Origin: Dendrobates tinctorius
Lineage: Eukaryota
DNA length: 64,000 bases
Direction: 5' to 3'
Assembly (NCBI RefSeq): GCF_039654945.1
Contig: NW_027361732.1
Coordinates: 12,090,001 to 12,154,000, forward strand
Below the pieces are notes generated by a model. It had not been told where the DNA came from, searched no databases, and worked only from the letters and a program-made list of their open reading frames with translations. Below are positions 1 through 12,825 of the stretch, piece after piece. The first letter of the stretch is position 1. Each line of letters begins with the position of its first letter. A program made the translations under genes and the position numbers.

Positions 1-1442
1 TGAAAATGCCTAATCACACCGTGAATTTTTCAGTTGCAGAGACGTGCACTATACAAGCACCAGTATAGCTTACACTATACAGTGACTATATAGTGGTCAG
101 GTCCCAGGTGTACAATAGGCGGTCTGCAGAATATTATCCCCTGGTGAACTGATTAGATGCAGTCACAAGCAGAATACATAAGAATGAATTAGGATCTGTA
201 AGTGCTTGAAATACTTATTTTAGTAATTCTTGTGTCTGTCATAACCTAGAATACATCCTCTTAGAAGTTTAAATAGTTTACTTCTCTTCAAAGCATATAC
301 GTAGAAACATGCGTATTTACGTTTGAATACACACCAGTTGTCAATTAGTCTAGCGATAGATTGAGACTTTTCCTAACACTACTGACTGATGATGGCTTAT
401 ATTATGTGAAAAATTACTTAATTTAAATTACTAATTGACATCTGCAGTCAATAAGTCCCTGTGACTCCATGCACTGCTCTCTATTATGACAATAGCTCCG
501 TAGTTAAAATGTGGAAGAATAAATGCAGCAACTCACAGTTCTAAGTGAATATATTCCCTAAATAAATGTAAGTATAAAATGAATTTAGATTCCCAGACCA
601 TTGAATTAAATCAGTGCAAATACTAAATTCCAAAATTATTCAACCTATTGACAACATATGACATATATTTTCCGTCATATGTCATGTCCCTGACTTTGAT
701 GCTGGCTCCAATGCTGAGCCCGCTTCTTTCCCCTCACATGACAGCTAATTTAATCAGCCATCGTATGCCTTTAACCAGTCACGGCTGGGGGAGTGCTTCG
801 CTCGTAGCTGTTAACCTGTTAAATCCTGCTGTCAATCTCTGAAAGCAGGATTTAACATTCGCCGGCAAGGCGTGCGTTATTTTACGCTCCCATCGGCACA
901 CCTGTGACATAATCGTGGGGAGCCAGTGGGTTGTCATGACAGTTGGGGGTCTGCTAAAGACGTCTGTATCTATTATTACGATCATCCTGTGGATGCCGGC
1001 TCGAGTCCGGCGTTCAGAGGAGATTGTCATATCTGCTATACATACAGTCATATGTAAAAGTTTGGGCACCCCTATTAATGTTAACCTTTTTTCTTTATAA
1101 CAATTTTGGTTTTTGCAACAGCTATTTCAGTTTCATATATCTAATAACTGATGGACTCAGTTATATTTCTGGATTCAAATGAGGTTTATTGTACTAACAG
1201 AAAATGTGCAATCTGCATTTAAACAAAATTTGACCGGTGCAAAAGTATGGGCACCCTTATCATTTTCTTGATTTGAACACTCCTAACTACTTTTTACTGA
1301 CTTCCTGAAGCACTAAATTGGTTTTGTATCCTCATTAAGCTTTGAACTTCATAGCCAGGTGTATCAAATCATGAGAAAAGGTATTTAAAGTGGCCACTTG
1401 CAAGTAGTTCTCCTATTTGATTCTCCTATGAAGAGTGGCATC

Positions 1443-1976
1443 ATGGGCTCCTCAAAACAACTCTCAAATGATCTGAAAACAAAGATTATTCAACATAGCT
1501 TTTCAGGGGAAGGATACAAAAAGTTGTCTCAGAGATTTAACCTGTCAGTTTCCACTGTGAGGAACATAATAAGGAAATGGAAGAACACAGGTACAGTTCT
1601 TGTTAAGCCCAGAAGTGGCAGGCCAAGAAAAATATCAGAAAGGCAGAGAAGAAGAATGGTGAGAACAGTCAAGGACAATCCACAGACCACCTCCAAAGAC
1701 CTGCAGCATCATCTTGCTGCAGATGGTGTCACTGTGCATCGGTCAACAATACAGCGCACTTTGCACAAGGAGAAGCTGTATGGGAGAGTGATGCGAAAGA
1801 AGCCATTTCTGCAAGCACGCCACAAACAGAGTCGCCTGAGGTATGCAAAAGCACATTTGGACAAGCCAGTTACATTTTGGAAGAAGGTCCTGTGGACTGA
1901 TGAAACAAAGATTGAGTTGTTTGGTCATACAAAAAGGCGTTATGCATGCGCTGTATTGTTGACCGATGCACAGTGA
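1443..1976 (+). pseudogene. Truncated Tc1 transposase: paired-like HTH DNA-binding region through the first catalytic Asp
   Basis: MGSSKQLSNDLKTKII...GRPRKIS...KKPFL...VLWTDETKIELFG. The frame runs into the inverted arm and stops, so the rest of the DDE domain is missing. Confidence 0.9.
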
Positions 1977-2262
1977 CACCATCTGCAGCAAGATGATGCT
2001 GCAGGTCTTTGGAGGTGGTCTGTGGATTGTCCTTGACTGTTCTCACCATTCTTCTTCTCTGCCTTTCTGATATTTTTCTTGGCCTGCCACTTCTGGGCTT
2101 AACAAGAACTGTACCTGTGTTCTTCCATTTCCTAACTATGTTCCTCACAGTGGAAACTGACAGGTTAAATCTCTGAGACAACTTTTTGTATCTTTCCCCT
2201 GAAAAGCTATGTTGAATAATCTTTGTTTTCAGATCATTTGAGAGTTGATTTGAGGAGCCCAT
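1870..2262 (-). pseudogene. Inverted copy of the Tc1 transposase N-terminus (DNA-binding region only)
   Basis: The minus-strand ORF is nearly identical to the plus-strand N-terminus up to HRSTIQR. Confidence 0.85.
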
Positions 2263-5200
2263 GATGCCACTCTTTATAGGAGAATCAAATAGGAGAACTA
2301 CTTGCAAGTGGCCACTTTAAATACCTTTTCTCATGATTTGATATACCTGGCTATGAAGTTCAAAGCTCAATGAGGTTACAAAACCAATTTAGTGCTTCAG
2401 GAAGTCAGTAAAAAGTAGTTAGGAGTGTTCAAATCAAGAAAATGATAAGAGTGCCCATACTTTTGCACCGGTCAAATTTTGTTTAAATTCAGATTGCACA
2501 TTTTCTGTTAGTACAATAAACCTCATTTGAATCCAGAAATATAACTGAGTCCATCAGTTATTAGATATATGAAACTGAAATAGCTGTTGCAAAAACCAAA
2601 ATTGTTATAAAGAAAAAAGGTTAACATTAATAGGGGTGCCCAAACTTTTACATATGACTGTAGCAGTGCTGATGAATAGCACAGGCGATTATACTATCGC
2701 CTGTGCTATTCAAGTCGCTCTCGTTCAAAACTGTCCGCTCTATCAAAATATAAAATACATTAATCTGATCGGTAAATGGCATAACGAGAAAGAACATTTT
2801 CAATTACTGTTTTTTTGGTAACCACAACATTGGAATAAAATGCAATAAGAGGCGAACAAAACATCGGATCTACCCTAAAATGATATCAATAAAAATGTCA
2901 GCTCAGTGCGCAAAAAATAAGCTCCAGATCCCAAAAAATGAAAAGGTTACAGGACTCAAAAAGAAGTCGATAAAAGCAAAAACTTTTTTTCGTACAAATT
3001 TCTGATTTTATTTTTCACCACTTAGATGAAAAATAAACTATAAATGTTTGGTATCTGCATACTCGTACTGACCTGGAGAATCATATTGGCAGGTCAGTTT
3101 TACCATATAGTGAACATGGTAAATAAAAAACCCAGAAAACAATAGTGGATTCCCACTTTTTGCAATTTCACCGCACTTGGATTTTTTCTCTGTTATCTAG
3201 TACACTGTATAGTAAAAATCAACGGTGCCATTCAAAATTCCAACTTGTCCCGCATTAAAACAAGACATCTTATGGCTATATTGACGGAAAAATAGAAATA
3301 AATTATGACTCTTGGAAGAAGGGGGGGGAAATGGCCTTGGCTTGAAGGGGTTAAAACAGACCCTAAAATTGTTAGACCACACCTCAAAATATTTCACACT
3401 TCAAACTTAGCCTCCAAACCAGACAAGTAAATAAATTTGCAACATGCACCTAAATTCAGACCCAGACTTAGTAATGCACTCATAAGTCGCCCAAGGCTTT
3501 ATGAAGGACATACTACGGTCAGTAGCAGTGGCCATAGATATTGAGTCCATTACTTTTATAGTGTGGTCGTTAATATAGAAAGTCCTAGTCTCATAAAGGC
3601 CATCCATCCTCTGAAAAGAGCCACCCTGATCCGCTGATTAGGACAGGACCAGCTTCTGGAGGCTATCGTATGTTTTGTCTACATGCATTTTATCTACATG
3701 GTGGACCATGAAATAAATGGACTCCCAGAATCTGCCAGAGCAATAGCTCTTTTCTCTTGGCATCTCTCCACTATAATGTAAGGAATGTTGGAGAGTGATT
3801 ATCGTAATCTTTCAAGATATGCAGAAAGGGGTTTATTAGCAATAAATAACAAGAAGCGAGGTGTGAAGGATTTTATTATTGTTGGATTTCTGAAGTGGTT
3901 TTGCTAGTGGAATTATGCTTTAAGAGACTATTAAATATATCCTATTCAGAGAATGATACTTGCTTCAACGTGAATTATTAGTTATCTCAAGAATGTACCA
4001 TATTGTTCTGTAACTAGATAATGTAACTGAACCGGGGAACTAAGCCATCTATTCACATCAAGACATTCCAGTGAGGCTATCCAACCAAACAATGAGTAAA
4101 AACTGACCTCCTCAATAGTTTAAGGTTCAATGGAAGGTTCAAGAGGAGATGCTTTATTCATCACAGATTACATATGAAGGTATTTTAGGTATTCTGCCCT
4201 CTCTGAAAATAAGGGAATTCATGATAATGCTTTATTACTGAAAACATGTAAAACTAGATCCAGTTTGCTGAACAGCTTGTTTTCTAAAATGACCATTATT
4301 GACCCATCTCTATTCACTTTTTTCCATTCTACATGACAGCACCACGAGAGAGGGGATCCGCCCAATGAGGACAGGAAACCTTCAAGATAAAATGGGCGGC
4401 TCCTCTCTCCGCATCAGTTGGTTTCCTGTCCTCGATGGGAAACCCTCAAGATGAAAACCTCTTGAAGATTCTGGAAGAAAGAAGAGGATGCCTGGGCCTT
4501 GGTCGGGTGATTACTGGCAGGCACCGGTCTGCTACACCCGTCACCAGGTACCGGTAGTCGCCTCGGGGGCCATATATTCCTATGCCCCCCCTGAGCGAGT
4601 GCATGGCCACAGCCTGTGAGGCAATTGCCCAGGTGAAGTTTGATGCCTCGGAGACCACATTGGGTGCACCTTCCCAGATGCCGACATACCCCATAGAAGT
4701 CCACGGAGGCCACTTTTGTGCTCCCTCTCTGTTGACGTGTGGTGGTCATGCAGCCCGTGAGGCACATCGGTGCACGGGCAGAGGTAAGACTCCTCGGAGG
4801 ACCCTCTCGGAATCCCTCCTTGTTGAGCCCAGGACGCCGGTCACCATTTGGGCCATAAAGAGTACCTGCAGGAATCAGTTTTGGCCAGCGGTGTGATCGC
4901 TCCCTCCAGGTAAAACCCAGCACAGGTATGGAGGAGGTGGAGGTGACCTGGCGTCTTGGTAGCCAGTGGTGGTGCAGCGTTATCGCCCCCTCCGGGCAGG
5001 TCCAGGTAGGGAGGGGGCGGTGGTGCCGGGTGTCATGGTGGCCGGGCGACAGAAGAACGCCGGGGGGCGCGCACCGGAAGTGACACGGGCGCGCACCGGA
5101 ACTGACGCGCCCGATAGTGGCAGGACAGAGACGCGCACCAGGAACTGGCCGGAAAGGCTCCCCGAGTGTAGAAAGGGAGCGCGCACCCGAGGGAAAGGCT

Positions 5201-5339
5201 GGCGCGCTCCGGGGTATGCACGGGGAGGAGATCAGCACACACCAGTAGTGGTTACTGGGGGTGCAAACAAGTCGGATGTAGTGCGCAGGTGACCGGCATG
5301 TGCAGGATCAACCAGGTGATCAGTTAATTAAAAAAAAAA

Positions 5340-5800
5340 AAAAAACTCCCCAGATAGATTCCTGGAGGACAATCATAATTCTGGAAAGACCTCAATAGGT
5401 ATCTAATAATCCCATCTTCCAAGATGGAGACGATAAGGCCAGCAGTAGAACTCCTCCTTCCTCAAATGTTATATAACAATTCCGAGACCTCAAGAATACT
5501 TATCACCAGATCCGGCAATAAGGCCATGTATGTCTCAGAGTGACAGTCCAGATGGGTCTCAGAAGCGTCACTTCCAATACAGGGCCCTGCCCTGTGGAGT
5601 AGTGATAGCCCTCAAGTTTTTCACAAGGCTAATCGCAAAAATCACAACGCACCTCAGAGGGAAAGATACTCTGGTGATACCCTATCGGGACAACGTCTTA
5701 ATAGTGGGAAGAGATCTTCCTTACTGTCAGGATCAAGTCAGAATAGTGATGAAAACACTATAGACGCTAGGATGGCAGCTGGACCTCAAAAAAAAAAAAA
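5340..5800 (+). pseudogene. DIRS reverse transcriptase remnant
   Basis: KMETI, DLKNTYHQI, HFQYRALPCG...KFFTRL and degenerate YLDD (PYRDNVLI); frameshifted. Confidence 0.75.
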
Positions 5801-6134
5801 AAAAATGGAACCAGCAATGATCTAGAAATTCTTGAGGTTAACAGTGGACTCGGTGGAGCAGGAGTATCACCTCCCAGAGGAAGACAAGGGAGATAAAAAA
5901 AAAAAAAAAAGGCAGAAATAGTTCTGAGAAGGACCATGTTGATGTTGGGGTCCCTCACCTCTGACATACCAGCAGTGAAATGGCCTAGTTCCACACAAGG
6001 GAACGGTAAGGGTGTGTGATACAGAACAACCGGGAACTTCAGGAACGGTTAGAGCAAAAGCTCACCCTCCTGGACTCTGTACTCCAGTCACTCAGGTGGT
6101 GGTTACAGATAGCCCTCCCCGAGAGGAGTACCCT

Positions 6135-6169
<35 letters not shown>

Positions 6170-6689
6170 CTCCAAGGTGGTCACAATGGGCGCTAGTACT
6201 TGGGGATGGGGCGCCAACCTAGGCCACCGGCCCTTCTTGGATGAGCGTGACTGCTTCCAAAAGTAAACACATTATGGCTCCAGGATCCCTGGGCCCAGGA
6301 GGAAAGAAATCTATCCTCCAACAATTGAGAACTAACAATAGAAAAAAGTCAGAGGAGTTGTTACCACACTTAAAGAGGACACCACGTGAGAGTCCTATCA
6401 GACAACCAAGCGGTGGTTGCATATGTAAACCACCAGGGAGACACCCGTCCTCAGTCCTTGATGCAGATAGTCACCGGCCCTTTTTAGGCTGAAGGTGACT
6501 GCTATTGTCAAAGGGCCTCCACTAAGCAGCTTGAGACTAGATCATGACTCTGGCAGAACACCAGTCCCTCTCATTACCGGCCCTGCATATCCGAAGTATA
6601 GACAACCTGAAGGCAGACTGTCTGAGCAGGAACCACTTGAGGCAAGGAGAAGGGTACCAAAAAGAATCCATTTCTCAATGGATAGTGCA

Positions 6690-6930
6690 CATTTGGGAAA
6701 ACCCAGTATAGATCTCTCCACCTCAAAAAAGCCAACAGGGAGGTTCAGAAATTCTGCGCCCTAAGTCCAGCAGACAGACCATGGACAGTAGACACCTTCA
6801 GGATAATGTGGACATCAGGTCTCCTGTACGCCTTCCCTCCAATATGCCTCATACCAGTGGTTTTGAGGAAGATCAGGGAGGTCAGAGCCAGAGTGTTCAT
6901 AATAGCTCCCTTTTTGGCCAAAAAGAGTGA
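6690..6930 (+). pseudogene. DIRS methyltransferase-like domain remnant
   Basis: PSIDLSTSKK and LYAFPPICLIPVVLRKI...FIIAP motifs, typical of the domain downstream of DIRS RNase H. Confidence 0.65.
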
Positions 6931-6999
6931 TATCAGTAACAGAGGTCTAGGACCTTCCAACACAGCGTCCCTTCAATCACCCTCAGGGATCCAGGCTGC

Positions 7000-8035
7000 A
7001 GTTGACAACCTGAAATTTAGAAGGTCGCTACTAGAGGAAAAGGGATTCTCAGCAGCGTTAATATCTACCTTACTCAGTAGCAGAAAACTAGTGACTACAA
7101 AAATTTTTAAGAGGATATGTAAAAAATTCTTATCTCCTCAGACCCAATACGGGAAGGGAAAGTCCCGATAGGGGCAATACTGGAATTTCTGCAGAAAGGT
7201 TTAGGATTGGGGTTAGCTGTCAGTACCCTCAAAGTACACGTCTCAGCCCTGGCAGCCTTATTCAACTGCGACCAGGCAAACAATAGGTGGGTGGCCAGGT
7301 TTATCCAGGCCTGTACTAAAGCTGACTCTGTCACGTCCTCTACTCCTCCTACTCCTCCTTGGGATCTAAATTTACTCCTGTCATCTCGGACAGAGTCTGT
7401 TTGAACCATCAAAACACAACATTAGCTAAGGATTCTAACATTAAACAGCCTTATTAATGGCACGCACGTCGGCCAGTAGGTTGAGCATTCACTCGCATTA
7501 TCAATAAGACCCTCCCTACACTCAGGCCATAGACGATAGAGTTGTGTTAAAATTAGATCCAGCATACCTTCCCAAGGTGATGTCAAAATATCATAGGGCT
7601 CAGGAGATAATCTTATCATCTATTTTGTCATGATACTAACTACCAGAAGGAGGAGAGGCTTCATTGCCTAGATATGAGACGATGTCTCCTGCAGTATTTA
7701 GAGGTAACGAGTCCTTGGAGAATACAGAGGTCCTTATTTGTCTCATTCCAAGGGGCAAGGAAGAGCCTTAAAAGCCTCTAAACAGACTATAGCTAGATGA
7801 GTGAAAAAGGCCATTATGCTAACATATAGCAGTGTAGGCAGGGCTATTCCAGAAGGTATAAAGCCCACTCCACGAGGGCCATGATGACGCCCGGGATGGA
7901 GAGAGCAGACGCTCCCATAGACCAAACCTGTGAGGCGGCCTCTTGGTCCGCTCCGGCATTATAGGTTAAACCTATTTGCTACCTCTGATCTCACATTTGG
8001 GAGAAGAGTGTTACAAGCAGTGATCCCTCCCTAAG
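7000..8035 (+). pseudogene. DIRS tyrosine recombinase remnant
   Basis: LEFLQKG, LAVSTLKVHVSAL, PPWDLNLLL, ASKQTIAR*VKKAI and an HSTR-containing segment near 7866; multiple stops and frameshifts. Confidence 0.75.
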
Positions 8036-8531
8036 AGAATACAAATCTCTGTAACTCTCTCGTGGTGCCGTCATGTAGAATGGAAAAACACGGGTATTAC
8101 ATACCTGGTAATGTGTTTTTTCATGAGACATGACGGCACCCTTATATTCCCTCCCTATTGATCACATCATTAGTTGGGTGCATTATTAGCATTATACACT
8201 CCCTTGGGTGTCAGAAATTTAGTAGTGTAAAGGATGTATTATTTATATGTACACTAACCTGCGTAATTCCTCTCGTGCTCTGTAAAACAACTGATGCGGA
8301 GAGAGGAGCCGCCCCTTTTATCTTGAAGGTTTCCTGTCCTCATTGGGCGGATCCCCTCTCTCGTGGTGCCGTCATGTCTCATGAAAAAACACATTACCAG
8401 GTATGTAATACCCGTGTTTTCACATATTTGAACTGGAATGCTGCCTATTTCATGATTTTAGTCGGCGTCATGCTGCTTGCACCAATAATCCAGTATTGCC
8501 TTTGTTCTTCACAACACACACAAATATAAAT

Positions 8532-8576
8532 ATTATATATATATATATATATATACTGTATATATATATATATATG
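8532..8576. repeat. (TA)n microsatellite
   Basis: Read directly. Confidence 0.9.
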
Positions 8577-9359
8577 TAAATGTATTTATTTTCTGTTATA
8601 TTTTTGTGCCCAGAGGTGTTTTTGATGCCATTGGAGTTTTATAAGAGCAGTAAGACTGCACATGTTTGGACCAAAACGCATTGCCTGTGTGAACGCTACT
8701 TAGTGCCTATCGGAGTGCATGAATCCACAAGTCTAGTCTTCTGTGGTATCAGATCTGCTGCCATTCGTGAATACCATTGTCAAGAACGGGGGTATACTTT
8801 ATCTGCACCAATGTTTAACAAGGTGGTATATAAAAAAGTATTGTCTACGTAAATGCCAGGACCAAGGTTTCCCAGCAGAATATTGCCATGCTGTTCATCA
8901 GACCTGGCCATCGGCTTCCATCGTTCCAGGGTACAGTTTTTTGTTGGTACTTCTGATGGAGGATAGGAGTCGGTATAGGCATTCTGACGGGTTTCCGGAT
9001 TTGCAGCTCCCATGCGCTGCAAGCTGTTTGGCACTGTGTGTTCTAATTCTGTCATTTCTACTACAGTAGCTGTTTTGTAGAATCAACCCTAATGGGCTAG
9101 CCTTCACTTGCAGTTGACCATCTGACGAGGAGCTTGGCATTACTTTAGTCTGATGAGACAACTCAAACCATAACTGAATGGAGAGTGAACCAACCCTTCT
9201 ATCTTCAGAAACCACGCTCTATTTTAGGTTTAGTACCCAATTGGTTGTAGGGAGGAGATTTTTTTTTATCAGTTGTGCATGGTCACGTAATTTTTTATTT
9301 GCTGCATATTATGGTCTCTATTAAGTGGTTCACAGGAATATTGATAGTACAACAAATGA

Positions 9360-9920
9360 ATAAAAAGGCCAATAGCATGTTTACTATCAGGATAATTTAT
9401 AATCCAAAATGTCTGTAAGAAGAAACTCCATATCCTGAATAATCATAATAAAGAAAAAAGGAGTGCTGACTACATCAAAATAATGCAAATTTATTGGTTA
9501 CATATAGTGGTTCAGTATGACACAGTACAAAACAGGAGGTAAAAAAGAAAAATTCATGTAGTCACCCAGGGAATAATAAGCTTGGTAAAAAGTGCTATTG
9601 ATCGTACTCAATAAATACAAAGGAATAAAGTCTCATGCCTAAACTGTAGATTAGATATTAGGTTCATGAGGATCTCACTGAATAAAGTAAACTAGTGCAG
9701 TATCGTAAACTGAAGCTCACAGGCACATTAATGAATTAGCTGCAACTAATTAATTAAACCAAAATGATGAAGTTAAAGCCAGCAAAGTAATAAAGTGCAA
9801 AGTGCATGTGCCACAGAATTAGGATCAATAACACTTACCCATAGTCATATACGAGTGCACGATACAGTTCCCAGTTGACAGCCCCGGACGCTCGTTTCGC
9901 GTTAGCTTTTTCAACAGGGA
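9360..9920 (-). mobile_element. Probable Penelope-like element terminal fragment
   Basis: The minus strand has a degenerate hammerhead-like core (TTGAAAAAGC-TAAC-GCGAAACG) near 9885-9918, a GTAAGT donor-like motif and a downstream AATAAA. No ORF. Confidence 0.35.
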
Positions 9921-9994
9921 TCGTGGTCTCTGGCATAGGAGAACTACATAACGTATCTACTCCACACTCAGGACAGCTCTGCCAGTGTCATATA

Positions 9995-10828
9995 GGGAGC
10001 GAGAAAAAAAGTCAAAACACTAGAATTACTTTTTTTTGGTCGCCGCGACATTGCATTAAAATATCAGGCGATCAAAATATCGTATCTGCACCAAAGTGAT
10101 ATCATTAAAAACGTCATCCCGGCATGCAAAAAATAAGCCCTCACCCAACTCAAGATCACATAAAATGGAGACGCTACGGGTATCGGAAAATGGCGCAATG
10201 TTTTTTTTTTTAAATTAGCTGAAGTTTTTTATCACCACTTAAGTAAAAAAAAACAAAACCTAGACATGTTTGGTGTCTAAGAACTCATAATGACTTGGAG
10301 AATCATAATGGCATGTCAGTTTTAACAATTTAGTGAACCTGGTAAAAAAGCACTTTTTTTTTTTTTTTGCAATTTCAACACACATGGTATTTTTTTCTGT
10401 TCTCCAGTCCAAGATATATTAAAACCAATCGTGTTGTTCAAAAGTACAACTCGTCCTGCAAAAAAACAAGCCCCATATGGCCATATTGACAGAAAAAATA
10501 AAAAAGTTATGGCTCTGGGAAGAAGGGGAGCTAAGAACGAAAATGCAAAAACAAAAATCCCTCCGGTAGTGATGAGCAATCGGGTGACCTCCGAGTATTT
10601 CGGCATGCTCGGAGATTTAGTTTCTGTCACCATAGCTGCATGATTTGTGGCTGCTAGACAGTCTGAATACTTGTGGGGATTTCCTAACAAACAGGCGTAA
10701 TCAGGCTGGCTAGCAGCCGCAAATCACGCAGCTACGGTGACAGAAACTAAATCTCCGAACACAACCAAATACTCGGAAATCTCAAGTAATGTGTATTCTC
10801 GCTTCACTAACCTCCGGTCATGAAGGGG
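9995..10828. mobile_element. Right portion of a piggyBac-type non-autonomous element (same family as 2700-3350)
   Basis: Aligns by eye with 2780-3350; ends AAGGGG|TTAA. Confidence 0.65.
10567..10809. mobile_element. hAT-type MITE nested in the piggyBac-type element
   Basis: TAGTGATGAGC...GCTTCACTA termini; 8-bp TSD CCCTCCGG/ACCTCCGG (7/8 match). Confidence 0.8.
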
Positions 10829-10951
10829 TTAAGTGTACCTGCGATAAAAATTACAGACATCTCCATTCTTTGCAGGTGGGAGAGTTTGAAAAATCGTCAG
10901 TGTATGAAATACGTATTCTCTCCATTGTGAGTGTGTATGTATATGTGTGTG

Positions 10952-11665
10952 TGTCACGGTCCAATTCTTGGATCCAGAGTCTGGGTTCCCTCATGAAAAC
11001 CTTTATTTTCAGGCTTCTGGGGGCTTGATATGGGCTTTTGCCCCCGGTGGCCACAAGTGTCATTACATCTGATACTTTCTTTAGTTTACCTTTTGCCCCT
11101 GGAGGTCAGTGGGTTAGAGCAGCTTTTGGCCCCTGATCATTTGACCATTCCCTTTTCCTATATAGGGTCACATGGTCTATGTGCAGGTGTTGGTAATAGC
11201 AGCATTTTCCTTTTGGAGGCAAACCACAGTGTAGTGAGCAGCTGGCTCTGAGGTGAAGAGCCACTACTGAAACTGGTGTGAACTCTGACTGCCCGGTGTC
11301 CGCAGCAGAGTTAGATGTTGAAGGTGGCAGCTGGCTCTTAGGTGTTGAGCCACTGTGAAAAGTTTTTCCGGTGATTCACTCTGCTGCCTGATGACTGCAG
11401 CAGAGCAAGATAAGTGTTGTGGTGTTTTTCCCTTTTTCCTTTGGGTGTTGTGCAGTACACTTTATTCCCTGTCTCACCACCTGAGGAGGGGGTTGGTGGT
11501 TTAGCTCAGGGCTAAACAGGAGATAGGGACAGGTCGGGGACTTGGGCCTCACTACCTTCAAGTGTACCCCCAAGTTAAGGAAAGTCAAGGCACCTCCTTA
11601 GCCTGAGGGGCAGTTCAGGGGCCCAGGTTCCACGTCTCCTGCTTTGTCCCAACTGCCCCGTGACA
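10952..11665 (+). mobile_element. LTR 1 of a Ty3/Gypsy (Tf1/sushi-like) element
   Basis: TGTCACGG...CCGTGACA termini; TATA-like box at 11159; near-identical to 12826-13545. Confidence 0.92.
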
Positions 11666-11700
11666 TTATTACCAACCGACCCATTTTTTCCTGGTGCGCC

Positions 11701-12165
11701 ATGGCCCTAATGCAGACCTGTCTCCAATTGCTGCAGACCCTCACTGAGGAGCATGGGGTGCTGCGTGGTGTGGTGGAGCAGCAGCTGCAGCAGTGGGAGG
11801 AGTACGGGGCCTCAGCTCAGATGCCGGCTCCACCTGAGCCCAAGTTGCCTCTCCCTGACAGGTTTTCTGGAGGGAGAGAGAATTTTTTGTTTTTTCAGGA
11901 GACCTGCAAGCTACACTTCAGGCTCCGCCCTCATTCATTAGGGAGTGAGGAACAGCGGGTGGGATTCATTATAGCCCTCCTTAAAGGTGATCCCCAATCC
12001 TGGGCCTTCTCCCTGCCGACCGATTCACCATCTCTACGGTCGGTGGACGAGTTTTTTGCAGCTTTGGCGAATAAGCCCCCTGTGGTCTCTGCCAGGGAGC
12101 AGGACTTGCTCATAGACGCGGACGCACCCAGGCAGGTCCCCATGGTGCTGTCTGGGGTTCCCTGA
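11701..12165 (+). pseudogene. Truncated sushi/PEG10/RTL-like Gag
   Basis: PEPKLPLPDRFSG...CKLHFRLRP...EEQRVGFIIALLKGDPQSWAF, typical of the sushi-type capsid N-terminal region. Confidence 0.8.
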
Positions 12166-12825
12166 GGTGAAGGGGTATGTCCCTGTAGTGAGCACACTGG
12201 TGATATGGTCCGCGGGGCTCACGCCGAAAATTCTTTACCATCTATGAAGCCGCCCCCTCCTGGTCGTATGGAGGAAGACGACCAAGGAGCGTATATTTTC
12301 TCCATATCCCCGTCCCCTTCTCCTCCAGTAATGGCAGCAGGGGTGCTGCCAGGGAGTAGGGGTAAGTCGCAACCCTCACCACAAGCTGCCCCTCTGAGTC
12401 GGAGTCCTCTTTTGAGCGGGGGGGCAGAGAGGAGAGTTTGCCTCTGAGCCTTGTGGGGGTGTGAGTGTTACGACACGGGGGGACACCTCTGTTGTCGGTG
12501 CTGTGAGGAGTTCACCATCTAGTGGCAAGAGAGTGAATGGCAATAAACGTTCAGGTCCGGACCTGGGTGCGTACGTGTTTGCATGGGTGTCTGAGTTATC
12601 CTTTGTTATACCCAGGCCTAGCTCGTTCCCCAGGTTGGCGCTCTGGAGATTTGTGGTGCCTCCAGAGTATACGTCTTCGCCTCCATCTACCCTCTCTAGC
12701 CATGACCCGGAGTGCCAGATGATGGTTGAAGTGAACTCTCATGGAACAAGGCGTCCGCACTATAGGTGTTATGCAGTGTAATACGGTGTTGAGGGTCCAG
12801 AGGCCTCTCATTGAAGGAGGGGTAC

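Larger units (their letters stand above)
1045..2660. mobile_element. Tc1-family (IR/DR type) transposon rearranged into a foldback with two left ends
   Basis: TA target duplication at 1043-1044 and 2661-2662. Termini CAGTCATATGTAAAAGTTTGGGCACCCC, with an inner DR CAAAAGTATGGGCACCC near 1240. Arms 1045-1758 and 1947-2660 are inverted copies. Confidence 0.95.
640..3350. mobile_element. Degenerate non-autonomous piggyBac-type (TTAA) element, interrupted by the Tc1 foldback
   Basis: Right end is AAGGGG|TTAA at 3345-3354. The left part resembles 39110-39370 and the right part resembles 9995-10828. The left boundary is approximate. Confidence 0.55.
4318..8420 (+). mobile_element. DIRS1-type tyrosine-recombinase retrotransposon, internally decayed
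   Basis: Left ITR (~4318-4420) and right ITR (~8288-8420) are inverted copies. An internal complementary region (ICR) at 8055-8140 is complementary to both outer ends. RT, methyltransferase-like and YR remnants occur in DIRS order. Confidence 0.92.

Noticed and set aside
4414-5292. Several overlapping GC-rich ORFs (up to 274 aa)
   Set aside because: They lie in the decayed DIRS gag region, have no recognisable domain and are expected from high GC content.
11701-12165. Domesticated PEG10/RTL-like gene
   Set aside because: Truncated, flanked by two similar LTRs and duplicated in tandem; an ordinary TE remnant.
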